Of a stretch of DNA of 64,000 nucleotides, positions 1-11,627 are shown piece after piece. The DNA is from Octopus vulgaris (lineage: Eukaryota), in contig OX597823.1 of the NCBI GenBank assembly GCA_951406725.2, forward strand, positions 115,568,001-115,632,000, read 5' to 3'. The notes beneath the pieces were generated by a model. That model worked only from the letters and a program-made list of their open reading frames with translations, was not told where the DNA came from and searched no databases. The translations under genes and the position numbers were made by a program. Positions within the stretch are counted from its first letter, which is position 1; each line of letters starts with the position of its first letter.

Positions 1-116
1 CTCTGTCAGATCAGATTAGAGCCTGGTGCAGCCATCTGGCTCACCAGTCCTCAGTCAAACGGTCCAACCCATGCCAGCATAGAAAGTGGATGCTAAACGA
101 TAACGATGATGATGAT
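1..116 (+). mobile_element. 3' end of RTE-clade LINE (family A 3' UTR) with (GAT)n tail
   Basis: Matches the terminus of 26145-26816 (GAGCCTGGTGCAGCC...CAACCCATGCCAGCAT...AAACGAT(GAT)n); runs off the window start. Confidence 0.8.
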
Positions 117-149
117 TGCTTATATCAGTGACATCATATCAAATAGATA

Positions 150-552
150 CTGGTTTCAAAGGTTTCAAATTTTGGCAGAATTCCAGCAATTTTTGAGGCG
201 TGGGATAAGTCAATTACTTTGACTCCCCAGTGTTCAATTGATTCCACTGATCAACCCCAGAAGAATGAAAAGCAATGTCAACCTCAGTGGGATTTGAACT
301 CTGAATGTAAACATGGATGGACATGGATGGAATGGTACCAGGCATTTTTTCCAGTGTGCTAACAATTCTGCCAGCTTATGTCAGATAGATATTCTTTTCT
401 ACTTTTGGTGCAAGGCCCGAAATTTTGGGGGAGGATGCCAGTCGATTAGATCAACCCCAGTGTGCAACTGGCACTTAATTTATTGATCCCAAAAGAATGA
501 AAAACAAAATTGACCTTGGCGGAATTTGAACTCAGATGAAATGCCGCTAAGC
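150..552 (-). mobile_element. Two degenerate SINE-B copies (~150-378 and ~393-552)
   Basis: Both contain the reverse complement of the family core (GACCCC..AAGAATGAAA..GACCT.GG.GGAATTTGAACTC). Confidence 0.75.
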
Positions 553-663
553 ATATGTCAAGATAGGTATTAAGAAACTACTTGTATCACAAATGACCAT
601 TTGCAAATTCAGCAATGAGAACCTAGTAGAAAAAGAAAATCTAAAAACTAGCTCAAACTACAA

Positions 664-938
664 CTGTTTAGCATTTAAACTGGCAATATCCAGCTTAAAT
701 ATTCTACCTTTTTTTATGTTCAGCCATCCAGATTTAGTCTCTTACACCTACCCTACTAATTTCATTCTGAAAATAAACAATTATAGCATTGAAACTTTGG
801 AGCTACAACATAATGAATGATTGATTAAAAAATGTGAATAAACAGCCAGTGAGGTTTATTCAAGGTATGGTTATTGCTAGGTAAAAAAAGGGAATAAATA
901 AGCATTACCTTTGACAGAATAATCTCAATGCTGAAAGG
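664..938. mobile_element. Degenerate piggyBac-type MITE (family P2), inverted relative to 8116-8320
   Basis: Ends CTGTTTAGCATT ... AATGCTGAAAGG followed by TTAA; internal CACCTACCCTAC matches the other copies in reverse. Confidence 0.55.
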
Positions 939-1377
939 TTAAATGAGAATTTCAAAATGCACAACGTCTGTTTTACCGCTGCTGGTAACAAGATTTAGGA
1001 TCTGAGTTTAGAGTGACTATTCAATGAGCTGAATTCGAATTATGTTGGAATCAATGTTGCTTTTCATCCTGATAGGCAAACGTTTAGAAAATAAATATAA
1101 ATATGGTTTTACCAGCTACCATTATGAAGTTGGTTTTGTGCCAAGAGCAGAAGGAATAAAACCGTTATTTCGTTTTTACATTTGCAGTTCATAAAGTTTT
1201 ACTGTTTTGTGATCCAGTGTTGTTTTGCTCTTTTGGTGAGCGACAGACGAAGCTTTATTCGTAAAACGAATTAAAGGCTTTATGCCTTTGTCTCTACACA
1301 TTGGGCTTTGGGGAAAGCGGGTGGGTCGTTGTAAGACGTAGGTTCAAATTGTAAGAGTTGTGTGCAGATGCAGGCAT

Positions 1378-2048
1378 GCACATACGCACACACACAGACA
1401 CACACACACACAAACACATATGTACATGCACACACTCACAAATACACACCCACACAGATACACAGGCCCACATGCACACACACAAAAATACCCACACAGA
1501 TACACACACATGCACCTGCACACACACATACACACAAATACACACATGCACACACACACACATACAAACACACATGTACATGCACACACACAAATACACA
1601 ACCACACAGATACACACACACACATAAATACACACCCACACGCACACACACACAAATACCCACACAGATACACACGCACCTGCACACACACAAATACACA
1701 AATACACACACACACGCGTCCTCTGCTGTGATTGTAATAACAGATATGATTTAGCACATTTTCTTACCTGATAGAAAGCATGGACAAAAAATAAAACCGA
1801 CATTAAATGAAATGATGATGTCAGTGTATGATAACGATGTCGTGAATTCGTTAACATATCTATCGATTTAGATATGTCACTAATTTAGCAAAATGATATA
1901 TATAGAGAGAGCTGTAGATATATATATGTATGTATTTATGTGTAATATATGTGTGTGTATACAGACAATCACATGCATACATACATATATACATCCATAT
2001 ATACCTGCATGCATAAATCCATACCTACATGCACACACACACACACTC

Positions 2049-2095
<47 letters not shown>

Positions 2096-2130
2096 CACAT
2101 GCATACACACACATGCATACACATATATGT
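1378..2130. repeat. Compound (CA)n/(TA)n/(TG)n microsatellite tracts (1378-1717, 1895-2130)
   Basis: Read directly; source of the HTHT/CVCV ORFs. Confidence 0.95.
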
Positions 2131-3983
2131 ATGACAATTCATTAATGGAATTATGCATGCACCTCTATAAGGTATTCATTAACAGAACCATCACATATGT
2201 ACTTTTATGTAGATTATCGATTGCCATAATTATGTATGTACTTATATGAATAATTCAGTAAGAAAATTACCTATGTTCATATATTGGATCTTCTGTAATG
2301 AGAAATCATTAGCTCCCCCTTTGAAGACCTCTCCACCATATTATTTTTGTCTCTTATGTAAAAGTTCATTTTTATTGAAACACTTTTGGATAACTAATGA
2401 TAATGTGATAACAGAATTTGTTATTTTGGAGTAATGGTTGTCTGCAATAACAAGTTAATCATCTTATATCATGCAAATAAGTCAAAGAAAATTATAAATA
2501 AACTCATTGTGGAATATACATTTGCCATAATTTATTGATATTTGTTGTATATTGATTCTTTATTTTTGTTTTCTTAATTAGATAGCTAAGTTAAAGTTTT
2601 GAAGCAAATGGAACAAATTATACTTTCTGCATCACTAAGGATCCTTTAAGATTCCCTTATTTACCACAAGCTGACTCTAATAATACTTATTTACAATTTG
2701 AAATTATTTTTAGTCACAGACTTCTTTAGCATGTAGTCTTTTATTTCCTTTCTTCCAGTATCAATATTTCTAAAAATAATTTGGATGCCAATTGCAGGAG
2801 GGAAATTGCTTTGCCTTTTATGCGTCTTCAAAAGAAAATGCGTAATGCATTATAAGTCTCTCTCTCTCTCTCTATGTACACACACACGCTTTTGTGAACG
2901 TTCATACACGTATCTGTGCTTGTATAGCAGTCTGTGAATGTATAAATGCTTGTATGTACATTGTAATATGCAAATATATGTGTGTGTGTGTGTTTCAATT
3001 GAGCACTTCAGGTTTTGCACGTGCGTGTGTTTCTATAAAAGAGATAAATATCTGCAAATATATTTATGCTCATATGAGCATATCTATTTATGATTAATTC
3101 TGAATAAGAACGAAAAAAACCAAAAAAAAAACCAGCAAAATTTCAGTTCGCTTATAGAAATGAACATTACATTTTAGCTAGTTATTAAGTGACATGCTGT
3201 TTAACATTCATCGAAATTCTACTTGTTTCCCTGCTCAACCTAGATGTAGCACACACAAGAGTGGTACCTCAGTCTTGTTGTAATTGTTGCTGCTAACAAT
3301 GAAGCTACTAATATCGAATCTGAAACAGACCCCTTCTTTCTGACCTTAAAATCAATATTGCATTATATTGCTTGGAATTTAGCCGTCATATTGCACTGGA
3401 ATGGTTTTTGTTGTTGCTAACAAAATGTTCTTTCTAACATTATTATAACTTTTGCAGTGAACACTGAAAATAAAAAAGAAACATAAATAAAAACAAAAGA
3501 ATGTATTTATTTTATTTCTTATGATTACAACAGTAAGAATGTAACAAGCTATGAGAATAACCAAACTGATATTTGGAGGCAAAGTTTCCACAGAATCACA
3601 TAAATTGTCTGGACAATATCATTTTCAGGTGTAACTCTACTCACCTTCCCATTTATTTGACTATTCTTTTGATTAATTATATAATAACACTTCTTCATAA
3701 CACTTTGCTATTATATTTATAGGTCCTCTAATCTTTCATATCCAATTTAATTATACCTAGGTGTGTACTCGTCTTTTGTCATTGATCTTTGATGATTAAT
3801 ATGGTTTAGGTTTCCTTTATTAAAACAAACAAACAACATGGACATGTGACACAGGAAGCACCTACCGAATAATTTACAATGTTCTACAAAATAAACAGTG
3901 AAGTCTACAGTTTGAAATTATCCCTGTATTCCAAGGGACCCTATTTCATTTGAGATTTGTAATTTCAGAATGTTATGTTAGTG

Positions 3984-4395
3984 AGATCTTTTCGGTTTGA
4001 ACGGCAGTTTTTTAAAATAATTTCCATGTAACTAAACACTTTTAAACTTCGTATACTGGTAGAATGTGTTTATAAAACATCTTTTTCTCTTGGCTTTATT
4101 GAGAAAATTCTATAGTTTGTAAGAGATTTGTTGTTTTTTTTTCTTCAATTTCTGCAATTTCAACCAATCAATGATGTCTATTGAGGTGAAAAACATTCTG
4201 TGCCATGTGAATATGTCCTTCATTTAAGAAACAGATTGGGTTTATTTACATTTCTGAAGAAAAAATATACCCTTCCCCCCACCCCTAACCCTAACCCAGA
4301 TTGAAATGCAATAGATCGATATTAGGGTCATAATTATGGGTGACAATTTCATATGACGCCGCTAGAAAAAACTGCCGTTCAAAGCGAAAAGATCC
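3984..4395. mobile_element. MITE family M copy 1 (GG..CC TIRs, 8-bp TSD type)
   Basis: TIR AGATCTTTTCGGTTTGAACGGCAGTTTTT / AAAAACTGCCGTTCAAAGCGAAAAGATCC; degenerate TSD TGTTAGTG / AGTTAGTC (6/8). Confidence 0.9.
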
Positions 4396-4662
4396 AGTTA
4401 GTCTTTCATAGTTTGAACCTAGAATTGGAATGTCTCGTTTTTGTTATTTAGTCCCTGGTCTGCTTTGAGTAACATACCTATGACTGAGTGCATTGCAACC
4501 ACCTTTATAGGAAGAAAAGCAGTTCTTGTGTACCTTATTTTAGGGTCTTTGTGATTGGTAAGAGAAAGGAATTCAGTTGCAATCCTTCAGTCCAGGTGTC
4601 TCGACAGAATGCTCACAACAGAGGGAATTATTAAAGATATGTAAGGGTCAGGTTATTGTTAA

Positions 4663-4883
4663 CCCTTTTGTTACCAACCCAGCTGAATCCGGCTCTGGCT
4701 CTTTAGTACAAATGTCTTGTTTTCATAAGTTTTGAATTAAAATCTTCCACCAAACCTTAGTCATGATTTATGTTCTTAACACTAGCTCAATGATAACCAA
4801 GTTATTTTACTAAATTCTTTCTTATATTTAAAATAATTGAAAGAAACACAGAGCATCTCAAAATAAATACAGTAATGAAAGGG
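4663..4883. mobile_element. piggyBac-type MITE (family P1)
   Basis: TTAA-CCCTTTTGTTAC ... GTAATGAAAGGG-TTAA; a decayed inverted copy lies at ~43190-43356. Confidence 0.8.
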
Positions 4884-5509
4884 TTAAGCCTGGTTACAGA
4901 TTATGTCTACCAGCTCATAACAGAGTTTATTAGAAGACGTGGTTGAAATTTCTAGTTTCTCTTTTGTTGGATTGTTCTAGATGTATCTATTACATTTGTG
5001 ATGGCTGTATTTGCTTAAAGATTATATCTTCTAGCATAAAAGTACTATCAGCTAAAATCATGGCCACCTGTTTGAACAGACTATATTTTTCCATATCTGT
5101 TGGCTAAACAAGCAAATGTTTGATCATTTATTTTCCTAACACAAGCCACTCAGCTATTAATTATTACACAGTATATTATCTAGACCAAAGTAAGCAAACT
5201 AACGCACTTTACTTAAGTTTACCATATCACAATGATTGCAGCAGGTGTCATATCACTGATAAATGATTCAATAATTCTTTAATTTCTGTTTATATATTTA
5301 TGTTAGAAAAATTAAATTTTATTCTGATAAGCATCTAATTCAATATGTAAATGCATATTTACTATGAAATCTAGATCTGAGAATGATGTAGTTGTAATGA
5401 ATGAAACTGAAAGATATTCCAAATTTTAGATCAGCCCTGAGTTTGACAGACACATTGTGAAGTAAGATAGCTCTACACACAGCCCAACACAATAAGAGAG
5501 CTCTGAATA

Positions 5510-6038
5510 TACAGTATTTACATTTGACAGATATTTGATCTCATCTTGTTTGTTGTTAACACATTTCAGCTGATATACCCTCCAGCCTTCTTCAGGTGCC
5601 TTGGGAAAATTCGAACCTGGCTTCTCATTCCTAAGGTATTTTTTGATGTTGTTGTTATTATTATTATTATTATTATTATCATTATTCAAGTCACCGCCTG
5701 GAACTGAACTCGGAATCTTGGGGTTAGTAGCCTGCGCTCTTAACCACTCTGCCATATGCCCATGGGCATATGGTGTAGTGGTTAAGAGCGCATGCTACTA
5801 ACCCCAAGATTCCGAGTTCAGTTCCAAGCAAAGCAGTGACCTGAACAATAATAATAATAATAATAATAATGAAAAATACCTTAGGAATGAGAACCCAGGT
5901 TCGAAATTTCCCCAAGACACCTGAAAAAAGTTGGCGGGTATATCAGCCAAAACGTTGTGTTAACAATAAACAAGATGAGGACAAATATCCGTCGAATGTA
6001 AATAATGTACATAAATCTTCATCTCTTAAATATAGAAC
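5510..6038. mobile_element. Head-to-head palindromic dimer of a tRNA-headed, hammerhead-containing retroelement
   Basis: Symmetry centre ATATGCCCA|TGGGCATAT at 5762/5763; each arm has A/B boxes, (AAT)n and an HHR-like motif; flanked by direct repeat AGCTCTGAATA (5499-5509, 6039-6049). Confidence 0.85.
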
Positions 6039-6049
6039 AGCTCTGAATA

Positions 6050-6245
6050 CAGTTAACACAATCTGTAGCCCAGTAAATTAACTCAGAATATGGTTAGCCA
6101 AGCAAGTTTGCCCAGTAAATTAGCTCAGTAAGTTAGCTCAACAAGTTAGCCAACATGTAGTTGGTCCAGTAAGTTAGTTTCACACAGCCCAATACACAGT
6201 TAGCCCAATACACAGTTAGCCCAATACACAGTTAGCCCAATGCGT
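6050..6245. repeat. 16-bp minisatellite ACACAGTTAGCCCAAT, about 3 clean units plus degenerate upstream units
   Basis: Read directly at 6182-6241. Confidence 0.85.
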
Positions 6246-6279
6246 TAGTGCAACACATAATGATCAAAGTTTTTCCATG

Positions 6280-6960
6280 ATGCCAGCGCCGCCTTGACTG
6301 GCTTCTGTGCCGGTGGCATGTAAAAAGCACCAACCGATCATGGCCACTGCTATCTTCCCCTGGCACCTGTGCTGGTGGCACGTAAAAAGCACCCACTACA
6401 CTCTCGGAGTGGTTGGCGTTAGGAAGGGCATCCAGCTGTAGAAACTCTACCAGATCAAGACTGGAGCCTGGTGCAGCCATCTGGTTCACCAGCCCTCAGT
6501 CAAATCGTCCAACCCGTGCAAGCATGGAAAACGGACGTTAAACAATGATGATGATTATGATATCACCATAGTTCCTGTTTCCCAGAATATCTTTGCAAAA
6601 ACAAAATTCTTTACCATTATACAGCAGTTGCTTACAGCATTATTATACTGCTACATTCAACATTATTATACAGTTACATACATATGAAGACCCATCAAGC
6701 TAAGTAATATCACAGATGTAGAAGATATCCGGTGTCACGCAAATGGCACCTGTGCTGGTGGCACATAAAAGCACCCATTACATCCTCAAAGTGGTTGGCA
6801 TTAGGAAGGGCATCCAGCTGTGGAAAATGATGCCAAATCAGACTGGAGCCTGGTGCTGCCCTTCAGCTCGCCAGCCCTGGTCAAACCGTACAGCCCATGC
6901 CAGCATGGATAGCAGACGTTAAATGATGCTGCTGCTGCTGCTGGTGATAATGATGATGAT
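6280..6960 (+). mobile_element. Two RTE family A 3' UTR fragments (~6280-6560, ~6685-6960)
   Basis: GTGGTTGGC.TTAGGAAGGGCATCCAGCTGT...GACGTTAAA followed by (GAT)n. Confidence 0.85.
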
Positions 6961-8115
6961 GATGGTGGTGGTGGTGGTCGTTGTTAAGCAACAAGACGGG
7001 TAAGGGTGATTAGGTGATGGTTTAGGGCTTAGGGGCATGAGACCCCAGACCTTGGAAAAAAAAACATTGGTCATCTTGTTATAGTCGAGGGCTCTTCGTT
7101 GACGCCCGACACCACTGGGAGGTGGCCCTCGAAGTCGCTGGAAATGGAGATCTCCAGGTCCAAATTCTTGAACGGCTGCTGCTGCTGATGATGATGGCAG
7201 TGGTGGTGGTGGTGGTGATGATGCAACTTTATAATACAGCTACATAAAATAAACATCATTATCCCGCTGCACACATTATTACACTGCTATAGATTATTAT
7301 ACTGCTACAGTGGAACTTTATGCACAGAATCTGAAAGAGAATTTGTGCCAAATGACATTTTCTGTGCCCCAAATTTGTCCTTTTATTTCAGTTTTTTCAT
7401 CTCTTTTCCCCAACTCCTATCCTTGTACTTTTCCATCCAGATTCAACAACAACAAAAGGCAAATTTTGTTTCATCTTGTTGCCTCAACTTGCTACTTTCA
7501 AGTGTCTTTTTTTTCTTTTTTTCTTTCAAATCATTGCAAAAATCAATGATTTCTTTTCCACTTAGAAACCAAGTCATTAATTAAAATTGTTTCTGTTCCA
7601 CAGATTAATTGGCCTTCATTGGAATATCAGCTTCTAGTGATCTCTTTTAGGAAAAGACCATTTTAATCCAGAATTATTACATTCAACTTTAATTAGTCAC
7701 TTGACAAAAAAAGTAGAAAAGAAGTATTTTCTCAAGCCCTTCTAATTAATTTAAACCTCTTTAATAATTACTGGATTGATTCTTCCTTATATTCTGTGGC
7801 AATGATTATGATACAACTTTATATCCGCTGTTGATGCTTCTGGCTTTCAAGTGTTGTATGGAAAATGGTTTAATGCTACAGAACTGAATTCTAGTTTAAG
7901 CTGTTTATACTTTGGTACTTTGAAGACTTTTTTTTTCTTTTTGGTTATTTCCTCTGGAAAGAAAAAATATTTTTACTGCAAGGAGGCCATCTTTAACTAA
8001 AGTATATAATGAGTAAGATCAGTTTATTTATTGTAGAACTTTTAAAGCTGTGCATTGTTATATTGTCGGTGTGAAGTTCCGAAGTGACAACATCCTGTCT
8101 GGCATAATAATCTAA

Positions 8116-8320
8116 CCCTTTAGCATTTAGATTACTCTGCCAAATGTAAAGCATTTTTTATTCACATTGTTTGAATTAATCCTGCGTTATCTCAGAGCCT
8201 CAAGATGTCAACGATTGACTGCTTATTATTAGAATGATATTGTAGGGTAGGTGTGAAATGCTGGATCTGGCTGGTGTGAAAATAAAACGGGTAAAAAATA
8301 TTCTACCAAATGCTGAGGGA
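8116..8320. mobile_element. piggyBac-type MITE (family P2)
   Basis: CCCTTTAGCATT ... AATGCTGAGGGA-TTAA; collinear with 25471-25689. Confidence 0.65.
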
Positions 8321-9904
8321 TTAATAAAAGAACAAATCATGTAGTAAAAATACAGGCATTCATGTAATGGCTACATGTGCCATCTACTCTGTAATGGCTA
8401 CATGTGCCATCTGTATTTATATGGCTACATGTTATACCCACTCGTTTAGCCAAATGGGATGTTTTGATCTTTGTTTCTTCACTAACAATTTCACATGTGA
8501 CATAATAAAGCGAACAGTTCTTTTCATCTAAAGAAATCAGAACATTGATAGAGATTCACTTCTATACAAGAAACATTTGTAAGGTATTAATCCATTTATG
8601 ACTTGTCAGTAAAGTATATTAAATTACCTTTTTATCAGTGCATGTGTCCTAATTTGATAGTAACCTGTAATGGGCTCATTTAAGAGCATCTTTTAAAATA
8701 ATCTTGCTAAATAACATCTTTAGCCAACCCTTCCCTAGAATTTAAAACATAAAATAAAACCAATGTTAAACTTGTAATGGAGCTGGTAATGATATTAAGT
8801 ATTGTGTGAGTGTCCTGATTCTTCAAATTTTGTTTATTGGTTCTGTAAAGCAATTAACTCAAAGTGTGACTCTCTTTGATAATGGGGAACGCTGCATATA
8901 AATTACATTTAGATCCTTTATTCTCTAATGTCAAGGTTTTAGAATTATTTCACTTCATTACACCCGAGGCCTTCGTTATATGCCATGTTATCTTCTTCGC
9001 ATTAATATGACCCACATACTGTCACACACCGATGACACCATACTTTTCATGTTCTTCTCTTTCTGCTTCCACACTGCCAACATCCACATACACTCTCACC
9101 CATCTCCCATAAGCAGGTACTTTGTAAACATCTTTCATTGCTGACATGAGAACGTACTCTGATGTGGCAACTTCCACACACCGACATTACACACCTCAAG
9201 AAAACTAACACACAAAAACATCCACATCACTGGAGAATTATACAGCTTAAACCACTGCCCTTTCCATCGATCTTTGATGACCACTCAGAGTGTACAAATA
9301 ACCAAGTTTGTGCAGCATGGAGGATAAGTGACATCTGTCGTAGTTTGCGATCAATCAAAGTCTTGGGAGTGAAATTGAGTAGATCCTCCTCCTCCTCCTC
9401 ACCCTCATCATCATTATCATCAAGGGGTGGGCTAAGTGCTTTTTCATGGCACAAACACAAGCGAGGTCAGTTTTTACAGATGGATACCCTTCCAAATGCT
9501 AACCATTTACAGTGTGGACTGAATGCTTTTTATGTGGCACCAGCACCAAGTAACTTGCAAGACAAGGAATTTTGAGAAGGGAGGAGACATTAGAGGAGGT
9601 GATCGTGTGTCAGATGATGAAAGATTAGAGTCTGACAGAGAGACAGAGAGGCAGAAACAGGTGTCTTGCTATAGAGAAAGTACATGATTATCCAGCTGAG
9701 AGAGAAAGAGAGACTGTTTGGGAAACCTATCATAGAATTATTCCTGGTGTTGGGTGGTAGATTTAGTCTGTCATTTGGTTTAATTTATTTCCTTGTCCTG
9801 AAATAACTTAATCCCCAAACAAGTGTTAAACCTATGTAAAATTGATTTAATCTAACATTAGGGTATCTTAGACAAACCTTTCACTATAATATTCCATTTG
9901 TAAA

Positions 9905-10130
9905 TTATATGTGCCATCCATTCTGTAATAGCTACATGTGCCATCCTCTCTGTAGAGACTTCATGTGACATCTGACTAATAGCTATTTGTAATGTAACTA
10001 CATTTAATGTACATCCTCCTTTGTAATGGCTTCATGTGCCATCCACTCTAATGATTTTGTGTACCATTTATTCTGTAATTGCTACATGTGACATCCACTC
10101 TGCAGAGGCTTCATGTAGCACCCACTCTAA
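9905..10130. repeat. Degenerate ~29-bp minisatellite (GCTACATGTGCCATC..CTCTGTAATG); related units at 8365-8435
   Basis: Read directly. Confidence 0.7.
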
Positions 10131-10534
10131 TTATTCTTTCATTCAGCCATGTAGTATAACCCCTAGTGCTCCACTGGTTTTGATAATACACAGAAAATAC
10201 AGCTCAATAGTGTACCAGGGGCTGCACTCTGTTGGTGAATGATATTGCATCTATGCACCTTGTTCTCTGGTATTCTTTTTAGTTAAAGATTAAAACTAAA
10301 CATGGATGAGTCACTGAAGAGGTCACAGGTGTGTGATGAAAGCTTTCCAGACAATGGACATAAGAACAATAATAAATGAGTGAAGAACAATATCTAGTGT
10401 GGGTGTTTATTTGAAAAGAAAAGAAACATAACAATTAAACATATAACTTCAGACATTTTAGTCAACGAGTAAATTATAGAGAAACACACAGAAGCAATTC
10501 TAAAATTTAACCGACCATTAAAGAATACCCTCAC

Positions 10535-10900
10535 TATTCTTTTATTCTTTTATTTGTTTCAGTCATTTGACTGTGGCCCCAGGACTTATTCTTTGTAAGC
10601 CTAGTACTTATTCTATCGGTCACTTTTGCCGAACTGCTAAGTTACGGGGTTGTAAACACACCAGCATCGGTTGTCAAGCGATGTTAGGAGGACAAACACC
10701 GACACAGAAAAATATACACACACATACATATATATGATGGGCTTCTTTCAGTTTCCGTCTACTAAATCCACTCACAAGTCTTTGGTTGGCTAGAGGCTAT
10801 AGTAGAAGACACTTGCCCAAGGTGCCACGCAGTGGGACTGAACCCAGAACCATGTGGTTGGTAAGCAAGCTACTTACCACACAGCCACTCCTGCACCTAT
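10535..10900 (-). mobile_element. SINE-C (tRNA head, CORE-like ACCTTGGGCAAG motif, internal TA/TG microsatellite)
   Basis: A box TGGCTGTGTGG and B box GGTTCAGTCCC on the minus strand; collinear with 46551-46984. Confidence 0.9.
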
Positions 10901-11545
10901 ATCCTAATTTTAATTTTTGAGCCAAGTGAGACCAGAATTATCATTCACAGACAGTTATAGATTCTTATTGCTAACACAAAATACTGAATAACCTACAATC
11001 AAACCTGCTAGAAATAGTAGCCAAATCCCCTTATAATTATATACTATCATAACAAAGTAAGAGTGCATTTGGTAATCTAATGTATGGAATGATCATGGTT
11101 AGAATGTGTTTTATCATTGTTCTACTTGATCAGGGTTAATGTGGGGTTAACCAATAACAACTGTAGAATATTTTTGCTTGTAATTACAGTTTATATTGAT
11201 TGAAGACCTGATCAATTTGTTGTGGATTTGATTGATTTGGTCTAAGTATAATTCTTAGAATTTCATCAACATTATCCCCACCATTGTTTTAGCATTCGCT
11301 TTTCCATATTTGCATGAATTAGATGAGATTTACTGAGGCAGATTTTTTATGGCTGGATACCCTTTGTGTCACTAATTCTCCCCTGGTTCCAAGTAAAGAG
11401 ACATTTGCCCTAATTCTTCAAACACTGCACAAGGACTGGACATGTTTCTACAGAGGCTTGCAAAGGAATGGCACCATTTGTATGATGTTGATATTTATTG
11501 ACAAGTTCATGCATATACATATCAATGTGTACCTACACGCACATG

Positions 11546-11627
<82 letters not shown>

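Noticed and set aside
1294-2249. Long ORFs rich in CV/HT/YI (also at 27788-28579, 32491-33430, 34754-35201, 44562-46007)
   Set aside because: Translations of microsatellites and low-complexity DNA, with no domain signal
5763-5840. Functional tRNA gene (also the SINE heads elsewhere)
   Set aside because: A/B boxes are present but there is no intact acceptor stem, and each head is fused to a repeat body
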